This document shows positions 25,091 through 37,100 of a stretch of 64,000 nucleotides of DNA, in pieces. Source of the stretch: Octopus bimaculoides (taxonomy: Eukaryota); NCBI RefSeq assembly GCF_001194135.2, contig NC_068982.1, positions 33,353,009-33,417,008 on the forward strand, in the 5' to 3' direction. Under the pieces are notes generated by a model that worked only from the letters and a program-made list of their open reading frames with translations, made no database searches and had not been told where the DNA came from. Positions within the stretch are counted from its first letter, which is position 1. Each line of letters opens with the position of its first letter. A program made the translations under genes and the position numbers.

Positions 25091-25470
25091 TCATCATCAT
25101 TTAAGATCCGTTTTCAGTGCCAGCAAGGGTCAAACAGTTTGACAGGAGCTGTATCAGGCTCCAGTTGTCTGTTTTGGCTTGGTTTCTACAGTTGGATATC
25201 CTTCCTGATGCCAACCACTTTACAGAGTGTACAGAGTGTTCTTTTGACATGTCACTGAATGGGTGCTTTTTACATGCCATCAGCACAGGTGCCCTCTTAA
25301 CATATCAACAGCACAGGCGCCCTTTACATGTCAACAGCACAGGTGCCCTATACATGTACTGGCAATAATCATGATTAACTTAACAGGATGTGTCTTCTCA
25401 AGCACAACAAATCGCCAGAAGTCTCAGTCATTTGTCATTGTCTCCATGAGGCTCAACAACCGAAGATCAT
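25091..25470 (-). mobile_element. (ATG)n-tailed element with three 26-28 bp internal units
   Basis: (tca)n at 25091, reverse tail module, cagcacaggYgccc at 25281, 25309 and 25335; the far end matches the 13820-13860 body. Confidence 0.75.
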
Positions 25471-26549
25471 ATTTCACCATCTCACCACATGTCTTCTTGT
25501 GTCAACCCCTTCCACAAGTTCCTCATTGAGCATATCAGAACACTCCCTTTATAGTAAGTTATCATCTCTAAAATCTGAAGTTTCAGTTTACATGGAATTT
25601 ACTCTCTCTACTATATCTACTTGGAAATCAACAATAAAACCTTCCAGTTACTCTGGCAGTCAAGTCTCACTTCATAACTCATCTGGATTTTTTGGCTGAT
25701 TTATTGCTTTTCAAACATAATCATAGGCAGCTAAAAAATCACTTGCTCTACTTTAACCTTATAAGAAAACTGGGCTGAATGGATCACTTCAAGAAATTAT
25801 ATATTTCTTCCCTTTATTTTTTGAAATTCAGATATTTATTAATTATATGCAGAAGAGCCAGTGAGCTTCATCTCCAAAATGGTTAGGAGCCCTCTGGCTT
25901 TCCCTATAAAGTTGTCATTAGCAGTAACCTCAAAGTCTATTTTCCCCCCTGCAGAAACCTAAACTTTCATTCCCTTCTCTCATGTAGTTAACCAATACTT
26001 GAATCTTTCTTTTGATTTATAGTACATACACTAATAAAATTTTCCTGTTACTGCCTCCATGAAAGTATATATGCTTACACTGTATATACACTTATACAAT
26101 CCTCCCATTATTGTCTCCACGAAAGTATATATATTCATATAACAACACATACATGCATACAATCCTCCCATCGCTGCCTCTTTGAAAGCATCATTCAACA
26201 CCAACCTCTTAGCACACTTACTGACCATTTAAATTAGCTAATTAGTTAAGTTCTCGCTGCTTTTGATAACTAAATGTAAATTAATTCAAAACCATTAAAA
26301 TAACTAACACAAGCAACCCTCAAGTATGAACACACGATCACATTTTTTTTTTTTTTGCTATATTATCTCTTTCAACTTACTTTAATCCCTCTCTATCTCC
26401 CATATCTAAACTCAATTCAACTTTGGAAGCAAAAGTCCAGAAAACAACAATTTATAATAAATAATACATTTATAATAAATAATAGTTTTCCTCTGTATTT
26501 TCATGCCAAATATAATAGCTCTTAAATTGCCCCTTACTCTTCACAAGTA

Positions 26550-27120
26550 TTTTATCTGCCCCACCATTCTGCACCTAAAATAAGATGTATTCGAAAGTGA
26601 GTGTATTCGGTCCTAAGAAGAGCAGCTCCTCTGAGCATCTCTTATTGACTGATTGATTTCACATCTTTCAGAAAATAGAAATAATCATTACTCTGTTATC
26701 ACTCCTCTTATCAGTCTCCATCCCACTATCACCCATGTCTCAACCATCCTCAGCTTTACCAATCATGCCTCTATTGCCCACCCTTCAATCTTCCTCCCCT
26801 CTTCTCATTCCCATGGTACTATACTACTTGATATGAGTAAAGATAGCCTTAGCCTCATTCAGTTCATCAGACGTTGGTTGCTTCCAGTATAATTAAGAAT
26901 GCTACAGAAGCTATCTGACCCTCACTCCAGCACTCCAAACCCCTCTCTCTTATTCTAATCAATCTAGCTTTCTCACCATTTTGAGATACATATCTTAAGG
27001 GACTTCATCATATTACATGTACCCCATACACTATACCTATCCTCCCTGCCTGCCCACTTGGTATCAACACCCTACCTTCACTCTTATCAGTTATCCAACT
27101 CTTGATATACTCCACTCTCT
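26550..27120 (+). mobile_element. Highly degraded LINE-like fragment (CR1-like)
   Basis: Pyrimidine-rich sequence; broken LDMSK.../SSIIKNATEAI recalls LDSSKASGPD.IP..VLKN. Confidence 0.25.
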
Positions 27121-30100
27121 ATGGCTAGTGTCACAATACAATTCACCCAGTACACTTTGTAAAGTGGATAGTGTTTGAAAGAGAATACAGCCTACAGGTG
27201 CCAAGATTTCCCTGGCTTAAGGAATCTTCCATGCAAATATGATAAACTTATGAAAACTGAACTCAGCACAAAAATGACTCTAAATGTATTTACATATAAT
27301 TACCCTATATGTCACTAACTATTTTTTGCAAAACCTCTAATGACCTCTCACAGAATCCTAAAGTCTTGCACCACACCGCAATTGAGAAACATGTTTGAGA
27401 GAGTGTCTCCTTTATGTTAAATGCTACTGAATTAACAGAACACCTTTGACTATATATATGATGATCTTCTGAAAAAGATATCTATGTGTTCTACTAATCC
27501 CTTGAATCAAAAACTTTCTAATACAAAGTTCCAGCATAGTAACAGAACTTTATCAGAATCTCAATACCTCAAAAGATGAATCTTAAGGTTCAGTAATCAT
27601 ACTAAAGACTCTTCCGTCTTTACACTTCCTAACATTTAACAACACAATTTTCTATTCTTCCCTAATGTAGATTTCATTTATATCTGAGGTCAGCACCTCC
27701 AACCAAGCTAAACAGATGCCACAAGAGGTATTCAAAACATCATACAATAAGGGACGTGATATTTGTGTCTTTTCCAATGATACCAAAACATTGTTACTTT
27801 CAGAGGGAAGTAAACACAAAACTACATTGTCATCTACCCAGAAAAAAAACACCCAAATAAAATTCCTGTTCTCTTCCCAAATGCTTGACTACCAAATCTC
27901 CAATAACTGTATACAATATCTACATTTTCCATCATGGGGTTAAAACAATGAAAGAAGATGCTACCTCTTTATTGTCAGTACATTCTTCAGCCTTAATTAC
28001 CAGCCAACAATTTACAAAGCACAAGATCCATCCCATGAGTACACTCTCTTTTTATAGTTTAAAGATGGAAGAGCAGCATCCTGGTCTTTTTCAAATCCTC
28101 CAAATGCTGGCAGACAGAAAGTTATCTTCATATCAAGGACTTGATCTGAATGTTTACAACATCCAGGTGCTAAAGGCACCCGAGGGGGCAGCTAATAATC
28201 ATCAAGTACAATCCTACATAACCACCTATTGAAGATCTGATAGGTAAACCTACACTCATCAATATTGTTTGAATCTTTAACCTTTAGTGTCCTTTTTGTT
28301 TTATGGTTACTACAATAGTTTTGCTTCTGTTGAACTCGCAATACCATTCTGACTACTCTAAACCCTTTTGATCCACCCAACTCTCCTTTTCTCCTCAACA
28401 CTGTCTCATTCAAAATTTTTTTTATTTGAAAAGTTACCTTAACAACTATATCGAATGACATCTCTCTGGAGTTTGCTTCTTCTCAACATTTATCATTAAA
28501 ACATTGATAACCTCACCTAATTAACAAACACACACACAATCATTTTAATGTATACTTTTGCATACTAACATGACTCAGATTGGATTTGTTGAGGGAGATT
28601 TTCTGTGGTGAAATGGTCTTCCTGTTGCCAACCATCAGCTGATTGTCAGCAAGGTAATATTTCCCTAGTTCAGGTGTTTTTATGGAAGACTGCACACAAA
28701 CATCACCACGTCGTGACAGCCAAGATTGTTTTGGCAATAAGCACACAATACCAAGACAAGAACATACACATGCACACAATAATATATTCCCTAATTTGGA
28801 CAAGTTTTCATGGAACACTGCAAACAAGTACCACTGCTTCCATGGGAGCATTTCTTTCATACAATTAGTATCTGATGTAAAGAAAAGAAGATAAGCATGC
28901 ACGCACATGCACACAATGGTTAGAGCATTGCACTCACAAATGCAACATCATGATTTTGATTCTCAGCCTGGCAGTGCATTGTATTCTCAAGCAAAACACT
29001 TCATTTTACATTGCTCCAGTCCACTCAGTGTGAACAGGTAACCCTGCAACAGACTGGCATCATATGAAAGCTTAAAGAAATGTGAGGAAGTGCACTGTGA
29101 CCAGCAGTGTATAACTATGTCCGATAGTTTGGTGGATAGTCACACATACACACACGCAATGGTCTTCTTTCTTTAGTTCCCATATACTAAATTGACTCAC
29201 AAAACTAAAGTTGGACTGGAGCTATAGAAGTCACTTGCCTAAAGAGCCACAGAGTCAGATTGAACCCAAAACCATATAGTTGAGAAGCAAACTTCTTAAA
29301 CAGAATGTAACACCTGCACCTATATTATAACCACCAGTCACATATGTTGTACCTATACATATGTGTGCATGCGCATACATGCTTATTCACCAGTCTAAGA
29401 AAGTTTTGATAAAACAGAAAAAAAAACTGAAGAAAAGCAAGAGGATAAGAAGTTAGGAGTATGGATGTCTCTTATACTAACAAACAGAAAATTTTAGGTA
29501 CAACTTTTATTGAAGCAATTTAAAATAAACAGAATTTTGGATGATATCAAGAATATTCCTGATGTTCAGAATTATGTTAGCTCTGATCACAAGCACCAGT
29601 TCAGACAGGAACGGGGATGCTAACAGAAAATTACCCTCTTCCTAACCGGAAGCATCAGAAATAAAACATTTCCTACCATAACATCGATGACAACAGACTG
29701 AAGTGAAGCAAATCTGACAAGGTACCTAGCATGGATGATAATATAATTGCCTAATGCCAATGATAAATATGTTTTCCTATAGGTCAGTTCATTGTTATGT
29801 ACATTACAACTAGCATTGAATTCTTGACATTATGTATGTCTAGTATTGTTAGAAACATGGAATGTTACTAATTAGTTTGTTATATATAATAGAAAAAATT
29901 CTATGCCAACAAACCATAACTAGCTTTATTATGGGGTCATATCTCTCGCTTTCACATGGTAGAGGAAAATACTCAAGGAAATTTAAAACAAAACAATTAT
30001 AAAAAAAACGATAGATGTGTAAAAAAAAAACTAGCCAAAGCCAGAAGTTGTTAGTGATTTCCTGCAGTTGTTGACAGAAAAACAAAATGTCTAAAAGTAT

Positions 30101-31464
30101 ATTGAAATGTTAATGTACAAAAATGATATTCAAAATAATTTCTTTATTATTGCTACAAAGAACAAGGCTAATATATGAGGGGAAATTACAAGGACAGGTT
30201 ACAAAAGTGTGTTGGACTATATAGAAGTGCCATAAAGGCGACAGAAAGCCAATGGTTTCTGATTAAGACACAAAGCCAGTAATTTTAGAGTGAAGTGGTT
30301 AGTCAATATCATTGGCCCCAGTACTTGATGGCTACTTCATGAAATTTATCCTGTAAGAATGAAAGACAAAATTGACCTCAGCAGGATTTGAACTCAAGAA
30401 CTGGAACAAATACTGCAAGTTGTTCTTCCCAAGCTCAGAACAGACCAACCAGTTGATTATTAGTAATGCCTGCACTTCTCTATTACTAGTCTTCTATAGA
30501 AAACTACCACAGAAAATTTCAGTAGCCATGTTACTTCACTGATAGCAGGATATGAATGCTTAACAACATTCCAGATGCCAGGTCTTGGAGTTTGTCTCAC
30601 TCAGGATTGCAGCTCCATCAAAAGCAGGAAAACAGATGTGCTTGACAAATGGCAACTGCAACTACTTGGCATCCAGGATTATCTGCAGCTGCAGAGGATG
30701 TTGGTAGCAGATGGCTTACCTGACCAGAGGAGTGTGCCCCTGCTAGAAGAAGAGCAGGCGCTCCTCACATAAGTGCAATACATTCATTGTGTTGACAGAA
30801 AGTATTTTTGCCTATCCCACTACAACAATGAATAACAAGTAATGATAACCCCACAACACTTAAAGACATGTGTTTATCAAGAAATGTGTTTCCAAAATTA
30901 CTAAATCCCATAAAGATTGAATTTTTCAACATTTCTGAATAATAATCGCTAACATTAATTAGAATAATAATAATCCTTTCTACAATACGAAAAAGGCCTT
31001 AAATTTTGACAGAGGCAGATAGTTGATTACATGGAGTCCAGTGCTCAACTGATACTTATTTTACTGGCCCTGAAAGGATGAAAGGCAAAGTCATCCTTGG
31101 CAGAATTTGAACTCAGAATGTAAAGATGGATGACATGCCACTAAAATTTTTGTTTCCAACCAAACATATGAAACCATAAGTGTATTCAAATTAATAGACT
31201 CCATTTATTGACTATTTTGGACATTTTTTACAAAAAATATACTGAGCCCTGAAGGAAGAAAGTCTGTTTGGCAGGATTTTAAATATTAATGTAAATAGAT
31301 ACAGCTATAAGATGTGGAAGTTTTAGTTTGATACACTTTTTTTATATACTCCTTCACACTTCATTCAAACTCTCTCTCTCTTTCTCTCTCCTTTGCATCT
31401 CTCTCTCTCTCCCTCAACATCACTATCTGTCACATGCTATCTCTTTCTCTCTAGTACACACTAT

Positions 31465-31609
31465 AGTGGTTGGCATTAGAAAGGGCATCCAGCCATAGAA
31501 ATCGTGCCAAAACAGACAATGAAGCCCAGGCAGCTCTTCAGCTCCTGTCAAACTGTCCAACTCACAGCAGCATGGTAAACAGGCATTAAATGATGAAGAT
31601 GATGATGAT
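31465..31609 (+). mobile_element. Diverged (ATG)n-tailed module
   Basis: gtggttggcattagaaagggcatccagcc...ggcattaaatgatgaagatgatgatg. Confidence 0.7.
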
Positions 31610-31624
31610 CAAACAAGCATTTCA

Positions 31625-31925
31625 TTAAGCCAAGAATTAATATCCATCCATCTTTTCTACCCACTATTCCTGGGAGGATCATGGGGGCAGAGTCCCCAGT
31701 CATCTCCTCCATGGGGTCCTATTAGAAGCAACTCACAGACTTTCCAGCTGATCCCATGCACGACTAAGATCATGTATATCCCAACCATCTCATTCTTGGT
31801 CTACTATAAGGTCTCCTACAAGTTGGCTCAGCTTGAAAAATCTGTCTTGTGACTCTTTCCTGTAACATTCTAATCACATGTCCAGAGTATCAAAGATGGG
31901 ACCTCTCAATGCATGTGATGGGTCA
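31625..31925 (-). mobile_element. Degraded RTE-clade (Expander/Rex3-like) LINE 3' end
   Basis: CIERSHL*YSGHVIRMLQERVTRQIFQAEPTCRRPYSRPRMRWLGY matches recalled IERSQLRWFGHV.RM...RPRGRPRTRW. Confidence 0.65.
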
Positions 31926-31966
31926 ATCTAGACTCCCTGCTCTCCAAGCTATGCTGGAAATTAAGG

Positions 31967-32156
31967 TTATTCTTTTACTTGTTTCAGTCATGTAACTGTG
32001 ACCATGCTGATCAATCAACCCCAGGACTTATCTTTCTTAAGCCTGGTACTTATTCTATTGGTCTCTTTTGCCAAACCGCTAAGTTACAGGGACATAAACA
32101 CATCAACACTGGTTGTCAAGCAGTAATGAGGAGGGGGAGGGGTCAAACACACACAC

Positions 32157-32191
<35 letters not shown>

Positions 32192-32379
32192 NNNNNNNNN
32201 NNNNNNNNNNNNNNNNNTATATACACGACAGGCTCCTCTCAGTTTCCATCTACCAAATCCACTCACAAGGCTTTGGTTGGCCCAAGGCTACAGTAGAAAA
32301 AACTTGCCCAAGGTGCCATGCAGTGGGACTGAACCCAGAACCACGTGGTTGGGAAGCAAGTTTCTTAGCACACAGCCAC
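31967..32379 (-). mobile_element. Full-length tRNA-derived SINE with central (TA)n
   Basis: Head gtggctgtgtgctaagaaacttgcttcccaacc...ggttcagtcccactg; tail tgactgaaacaagtaaaagaataa; same family as 45913-46288. Confidence 0.85.
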
Positions 32380-33400
32380 ACCCACCAAAAAAATAGCAGC
32401 AACTGCAGGAAGTGTATTAGGGGTAGTGTCAAGTCAAAAAAAAAGTGATTTCTATGTTAAGCAAAAATTTTCTTTTATGAATTCAGCTACTAACATATAT
32501 GTGACACACCAGTATTACGATATCTAATCTGACCATCAAAAAATATTATTAGAAGATGAGAAAAAGTCTGTTTACTTTCATATTTGTGGGTTTGGTACAC
32601 AAATTCTACCCCTTTAGAAAGATATACCCAAGACATGGCATGACACAAACATGTAATAGACAAAATAGTTTTGCCTCATAGAAGATAGGTTTTGTTGTTT
32701 TCTTTAACAAGTTACTGTCAATATATTTATCTAAACAGCTGTGTCTAATAGCAAGTATGAAAAAATATGACCAACTTGTACAAACACACATTAAAATTTA
32801 TGCATTTTCAACACAACAGATTCTTTTCCTAAAAACAAAAAGAAAAATCTGTCAAAAACAAATATTTAGAAATTTTGATGGCTTCCCATCCATCATGTGA
32901 CTAATTTCAACAACGAAAATTGAAAATCTATTAAAAAAAAAAAAGCCGAGACCTTGTGGACATCAATTTATATCATGTGACTAAATTTCCTGTTCTTCAA
33001 AATCTGTGTCAACACCTCCTGCCTCATCCTGCTCCTCTACTTTGACTGTCCTAGGCTGCTACCACTCCCAGACTTATGTTACTATAGGATATGGTTGCAC
33101 ATAAGTAGAACCATTTCAACAATAGTGACAAGCTTAATCCTACAAATCATCCTCTGTGTGTGTGAGTGAGAGAGAGAGAGAGAGAGAGTATGGATGTATC
33201 CAGACAATGATATGCTTCCAGGAGGCAAATCTGAACACACTTATAGACACTTAATTGCCTAGTTTACATGTGTAAACAATGATGGACTTAAACCATTATT
33301 CATGTAATGTCCAACTTTCATTAATATTATTAATCACAGTAGCATAGTATAGTCTGTTTGAGGCATTGTCTGATGCATATAACTATTTTTTTTTTCTTGT

Positions 33401-33610
33401 TTATAAAGCCAAAACAATGCAAGTTATAAGAAATAATACTACAAGTCAACAGTTTTTACTTTTACCTTGTAGTTTAGTATTTCAGGGTTAAGAACTCTTC
33501 TTCAGGAAATCTTTGTACAAATGGTGTTGTGAGTTGACTTCTAGCTCTCAACACCATTTCTCTGAAGATGTGTATTATTCCTTATAACTTGCATTGTTTT
33601 GGTTTTATAA
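33401..33610. mobile_element. MITE-like element with 39-bp terminal inverted repeats and an internal hairpin
   Basis: 33401-33439 versus the reverse complement of 33572-33610 match at 37/39; inner arms 33519-33533 and 33545-33559 match at 14/15. Confidence 0.65.
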
Positions 33611-34341
33611 AAGTTTAAAAATTAATAGTAGTATTGTTGCAACACTTACAAAGGCTGGATTACATCATCATCTATGCAATATTTCTAGTACTAACGACTT
33701 TCAAATATTTCCTCATTACATACATTAAACTGCAGAGCTTGTTTGGTAAAAATAAATTACAACCTACCCCAAAAAACTTGGGGGGGGGGGACCCACTGCA
33801 AATGAAAGGTGTTAAGTCACCATAACCAAATACAATCAAAAATTTAATTTAAATATGGTACAAAGAATGTACCAGTGACTACAAATAAAGTGATAGACTT
33901 AAAATAATTGAAGCATGTGAATGCTTCTATTCTATTTTCTGTTTTTAAATAAAAGTGGCATTACAAATAATGCTACAAACTACAGGTGTGTCAAAATAGG
34001 AAGAAAAAATACAAATTTTCCAAGCAGAATATGTCAGAGGAAATGACCCAGGAAAAGTTATAAAAGAGTTTAAAATGATTGGCCACAATGGAATGCTAAT
34101 AAATTTAAAGCAGAAATAAACATTCGTACATGAGTACTCCTGAGTGATGGAACAGGTAATTCATTGCCCACTTTAAAACCCTTACATGATCCTTCGGTAC
34201 CTTTAGCAGAGTCCACTTTACGGCAAACATTTAGACCCTATTTTTGAATAACTTCCTCCGGCCAGTTTTGAAAAAGGTCATTTATGACTAAAATGCTTCT
34301 TTTTATTACACTTTTTCTCAATAATACTTTGAACACTTTAA

Positions 34342-34564
34342 CTCTTTAGCATTTAAACCAGCCACATCTGGGCAAAATATTCTGCTTCTTTTATGTTCAA
34401 ACTGGTCAAGTCTGGTTTCCCACATCAACCCTACAATATCATTTTAAAAATTAATGGTTGCCTTATCAAAATTTCATAGCTACAAGATAATTCATGATTA
34501 ATTCAAAACAATGTTTAAAAAAAAAAAAAGGCATTACTTTTGATAGAATGTGAATGCTAAAGGG
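34342..34564 (+). mobile_element. piggyBac-like MITE
   Basis: ttaa|ctctttagcatt...aatgctaaaggg|ttaa. Confidence 0.75.
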
Positions 34565-34949
34565 TTAAAAATACAGAATAAGGATTTTCAAGAAAACTGT
34601 ACTCTGTAGTAACTAAAAAAAATTTGAACTGAAAGGAAGTGCTATGCATGCTAACTCTTTTGGTACCAACCAACCTGAAACCACCCATGATTCTACAATG
34701 TAAACTTCCAGTTTTAAAGTGATCTAAATTAAAACCTTCCATTATAACTTTATGTTAATAAATGCTCCAAACATTAGCTTAATTATAATAAATATATTAT
34801 ATTAAACTCTTCATTATTTGCGAAATTAATTGAAATAGAAGCAGTATATTTCTACAGAGATATGGCAATGACAGAGTTAAAAGATAGGTACTCCAAACTG
34901 AATTGGAAAGTGAAAATTTCAATACTCCATCTTTTATATTCATAAGAAT

Positions 34950-35397
34950 CGAAATCGAACTAAATTCGATGACTGGCACCCATGCCAATGTCGTCTCCTT
35001 CATTGGATACGAAACTCAGCTTGCGAAGACCTGTTGGGGCAAACGAATGTGAAATCGTGATGGCACCTGTGCCCAGTGTCGCCTTCCTGGCACGTGTAAA
35101 GACATTCGAGCAAGATCGTTGCCAGTGCCGCTAGACTGGCTCCTGTGCAGGTGGCACGTAAAATACACCATTTTGAGCGTGGCCGTTGCCAGTACCGCCT
35201 GACTGGCCTTCGTGCTGGTGGCACATAAAAGCACCCACTACACTCTCGGAATGGTTGGCGTTAGGAAGGGTATCCAGCTGTAGAAACTCTGCCAAATCAG
35301 ATTGGAGCCTGGTGTAGCCATCTGGTTCACCAGTCCTCAGTCAAATTGTCCAACCCATGCTAGCATGGAAAGCGGACGTTAAACGATGATGATGAAG
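34950..35397 (+). mobile_element. Long young copy of the (ATG)n-tailed element (probable RTE 3' UTR)
   Basis: CpG-retaining; two to three ~65-bp tgccagt...tggcac units, then the shared tail. Confidence 0.8.
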
Positions 35398-36398
35398 AAA
35401 GTAGTTCTTTTAACTATATTAATTCATTTATATCAATTACAAGCTTTGCAATATTTTTAGAGTAGAATATAATAAGTAATACACCTAAAAGAGTACTTAT
35501 TTTTTTCCAGTACTATCAACAGTCAATAATTGTGTCTCAATCATATCCTGCAACAATGTCTTTTACTCATTCAACAAATATATTTCTCCTTGGTTTTGTT
35601 AGAAATAGAAGCTAAATCTCTTCTTTAAGATTAAGACATTGAGTGAAACAATTACAAATTCTTGTAATTACAAACACATTCTTTAGAGCCTTTTGATTAC
35701 TTATATCCATTAAACTTGAGTTGTAGTAACAGCTTAAGATACACCAATATATAATGAGAAAAAACAAAAAAAGAGCCTCTATGAGGTTATTCGAGCTGCT
35801 AGAGGTAGCAGCCAAATCCATTTCAAATAACATTGTATTGTCTTTTTAAAAAAAAGGGAAGGGAGGTTGAATTGGATAAAGTAGCCTGAGATACTCCATT
35901 AAAAATGGGATGGTTGCAACTGGAATGCTTTTGACCATAGGCCTGTTCAGAGATTTCCGACAACTAAATAATAATAACATAATTTAAACATCTTTTACCA
36001 AACTTCTCCCAAAACTTGATTATACTGAAAATTAATTGAAACACCTAAGTTAGACCATTCATTATAAATATAGTTATGGATAGACTAAATATAAGATAAG
36101 TTTTGTTTTTTTTTTTCTTGTCATTCAGCCATAGTAAATGTTTTAAATATGACCAGATGAAAATGAACATGATCATAAGAAATATAAGCTGTTTCTATGG
36201 ATTTTCTATTTATATTTGGGTGTATTACATTTTAAGAGTAATATTTTTCAATTATATTTTAAATTTCCACTTTCAAGTTGTGAGAATTTAAAACATAGCT
36301 GAAGATCTATGTCAAGTATTTTATATCCTATTATCGAATTATTTTTTGGTTTCCCATATACCAACACACACAAAGATCAGGGAAATGAATGGGCGTGA

Positions 36399-37100
36399 CA
36401 GTGTTGTAAGAAGTTTGCTTCTCAACCTCATAGTTCTGGGTTCAGTCCCACTATGTGACATCTTGGGCAAATATCTATTATAGCCCAAGGTCAATCAAAG
36501 CCTTGCGAGTAGATTTGGTAGATCGGAAACTAAAAGAAGCCCATTGTGTGTGGATGTATATGTGTATATCTGTATTTGTCTCCTCCACTACTATTACTTG
36601 AACAACAGATAAAATACTCTAAGTAAATGTTTTGAGAAAGTAATCTGAAATCAATTTCAAATTACGGAGTGGTATCTAGATTTCTTTATTTACACCAAAG
36701 ACTAGTCACTAAGGATCTGCTGTCATAGGCATTGATCCTCTTAAGTTAACTTATTTTTACAAAAAAATAAAGACAGAGCAATAAAGCAATATATTTATAA
36801 TTTTGGGGGGTAAGGGATTTTCCCTGTAGCCTTGAGCCGACCAAAGCCTTGTGAATGGATTTGGTAGGCGGAAACTGAAGTGACCCTATCGTGTAAATGT
36901 GTGTGTTATTGCGTCCCCCATTACTGCTTGACAACTGGTGGAGGTTTGTATACGTCCAAGTAATCTAATGGTTCGGCAAAAGAGATCGATAGAATAAGTA
37001 CCAGGCATAAAAAAAATTTCTGGGGTCCATTCGTTCGACTAAAACCGTTTCAAGGCGGTGCCCCAGTATGGCTGCAGTCCAATGACTGAAGCAAGTCAAA
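36399..37100 (+). mobile_element. Two fragments of the (TA)n-centred tRNA-SINE family
   Basis: Head at ~36399-36610; second copy's body and tail at ~36830-37100 (ccgaccaaagccttgtg...aatgactgaagcaag). Confidence 0.7.

Noticed and set aside
27700-28500. Several 75-115 aa ORFs, possible LINE endonuclease relic
   Set aside because: No intact motif; too degraded to call.
30575-30772. GC-richer ORF; minus-strand QGHTPL followed by gtaagc, suggesting an ankyrin exon
   Set aside because: Too short and no supporting ankyrin consensus in frame.
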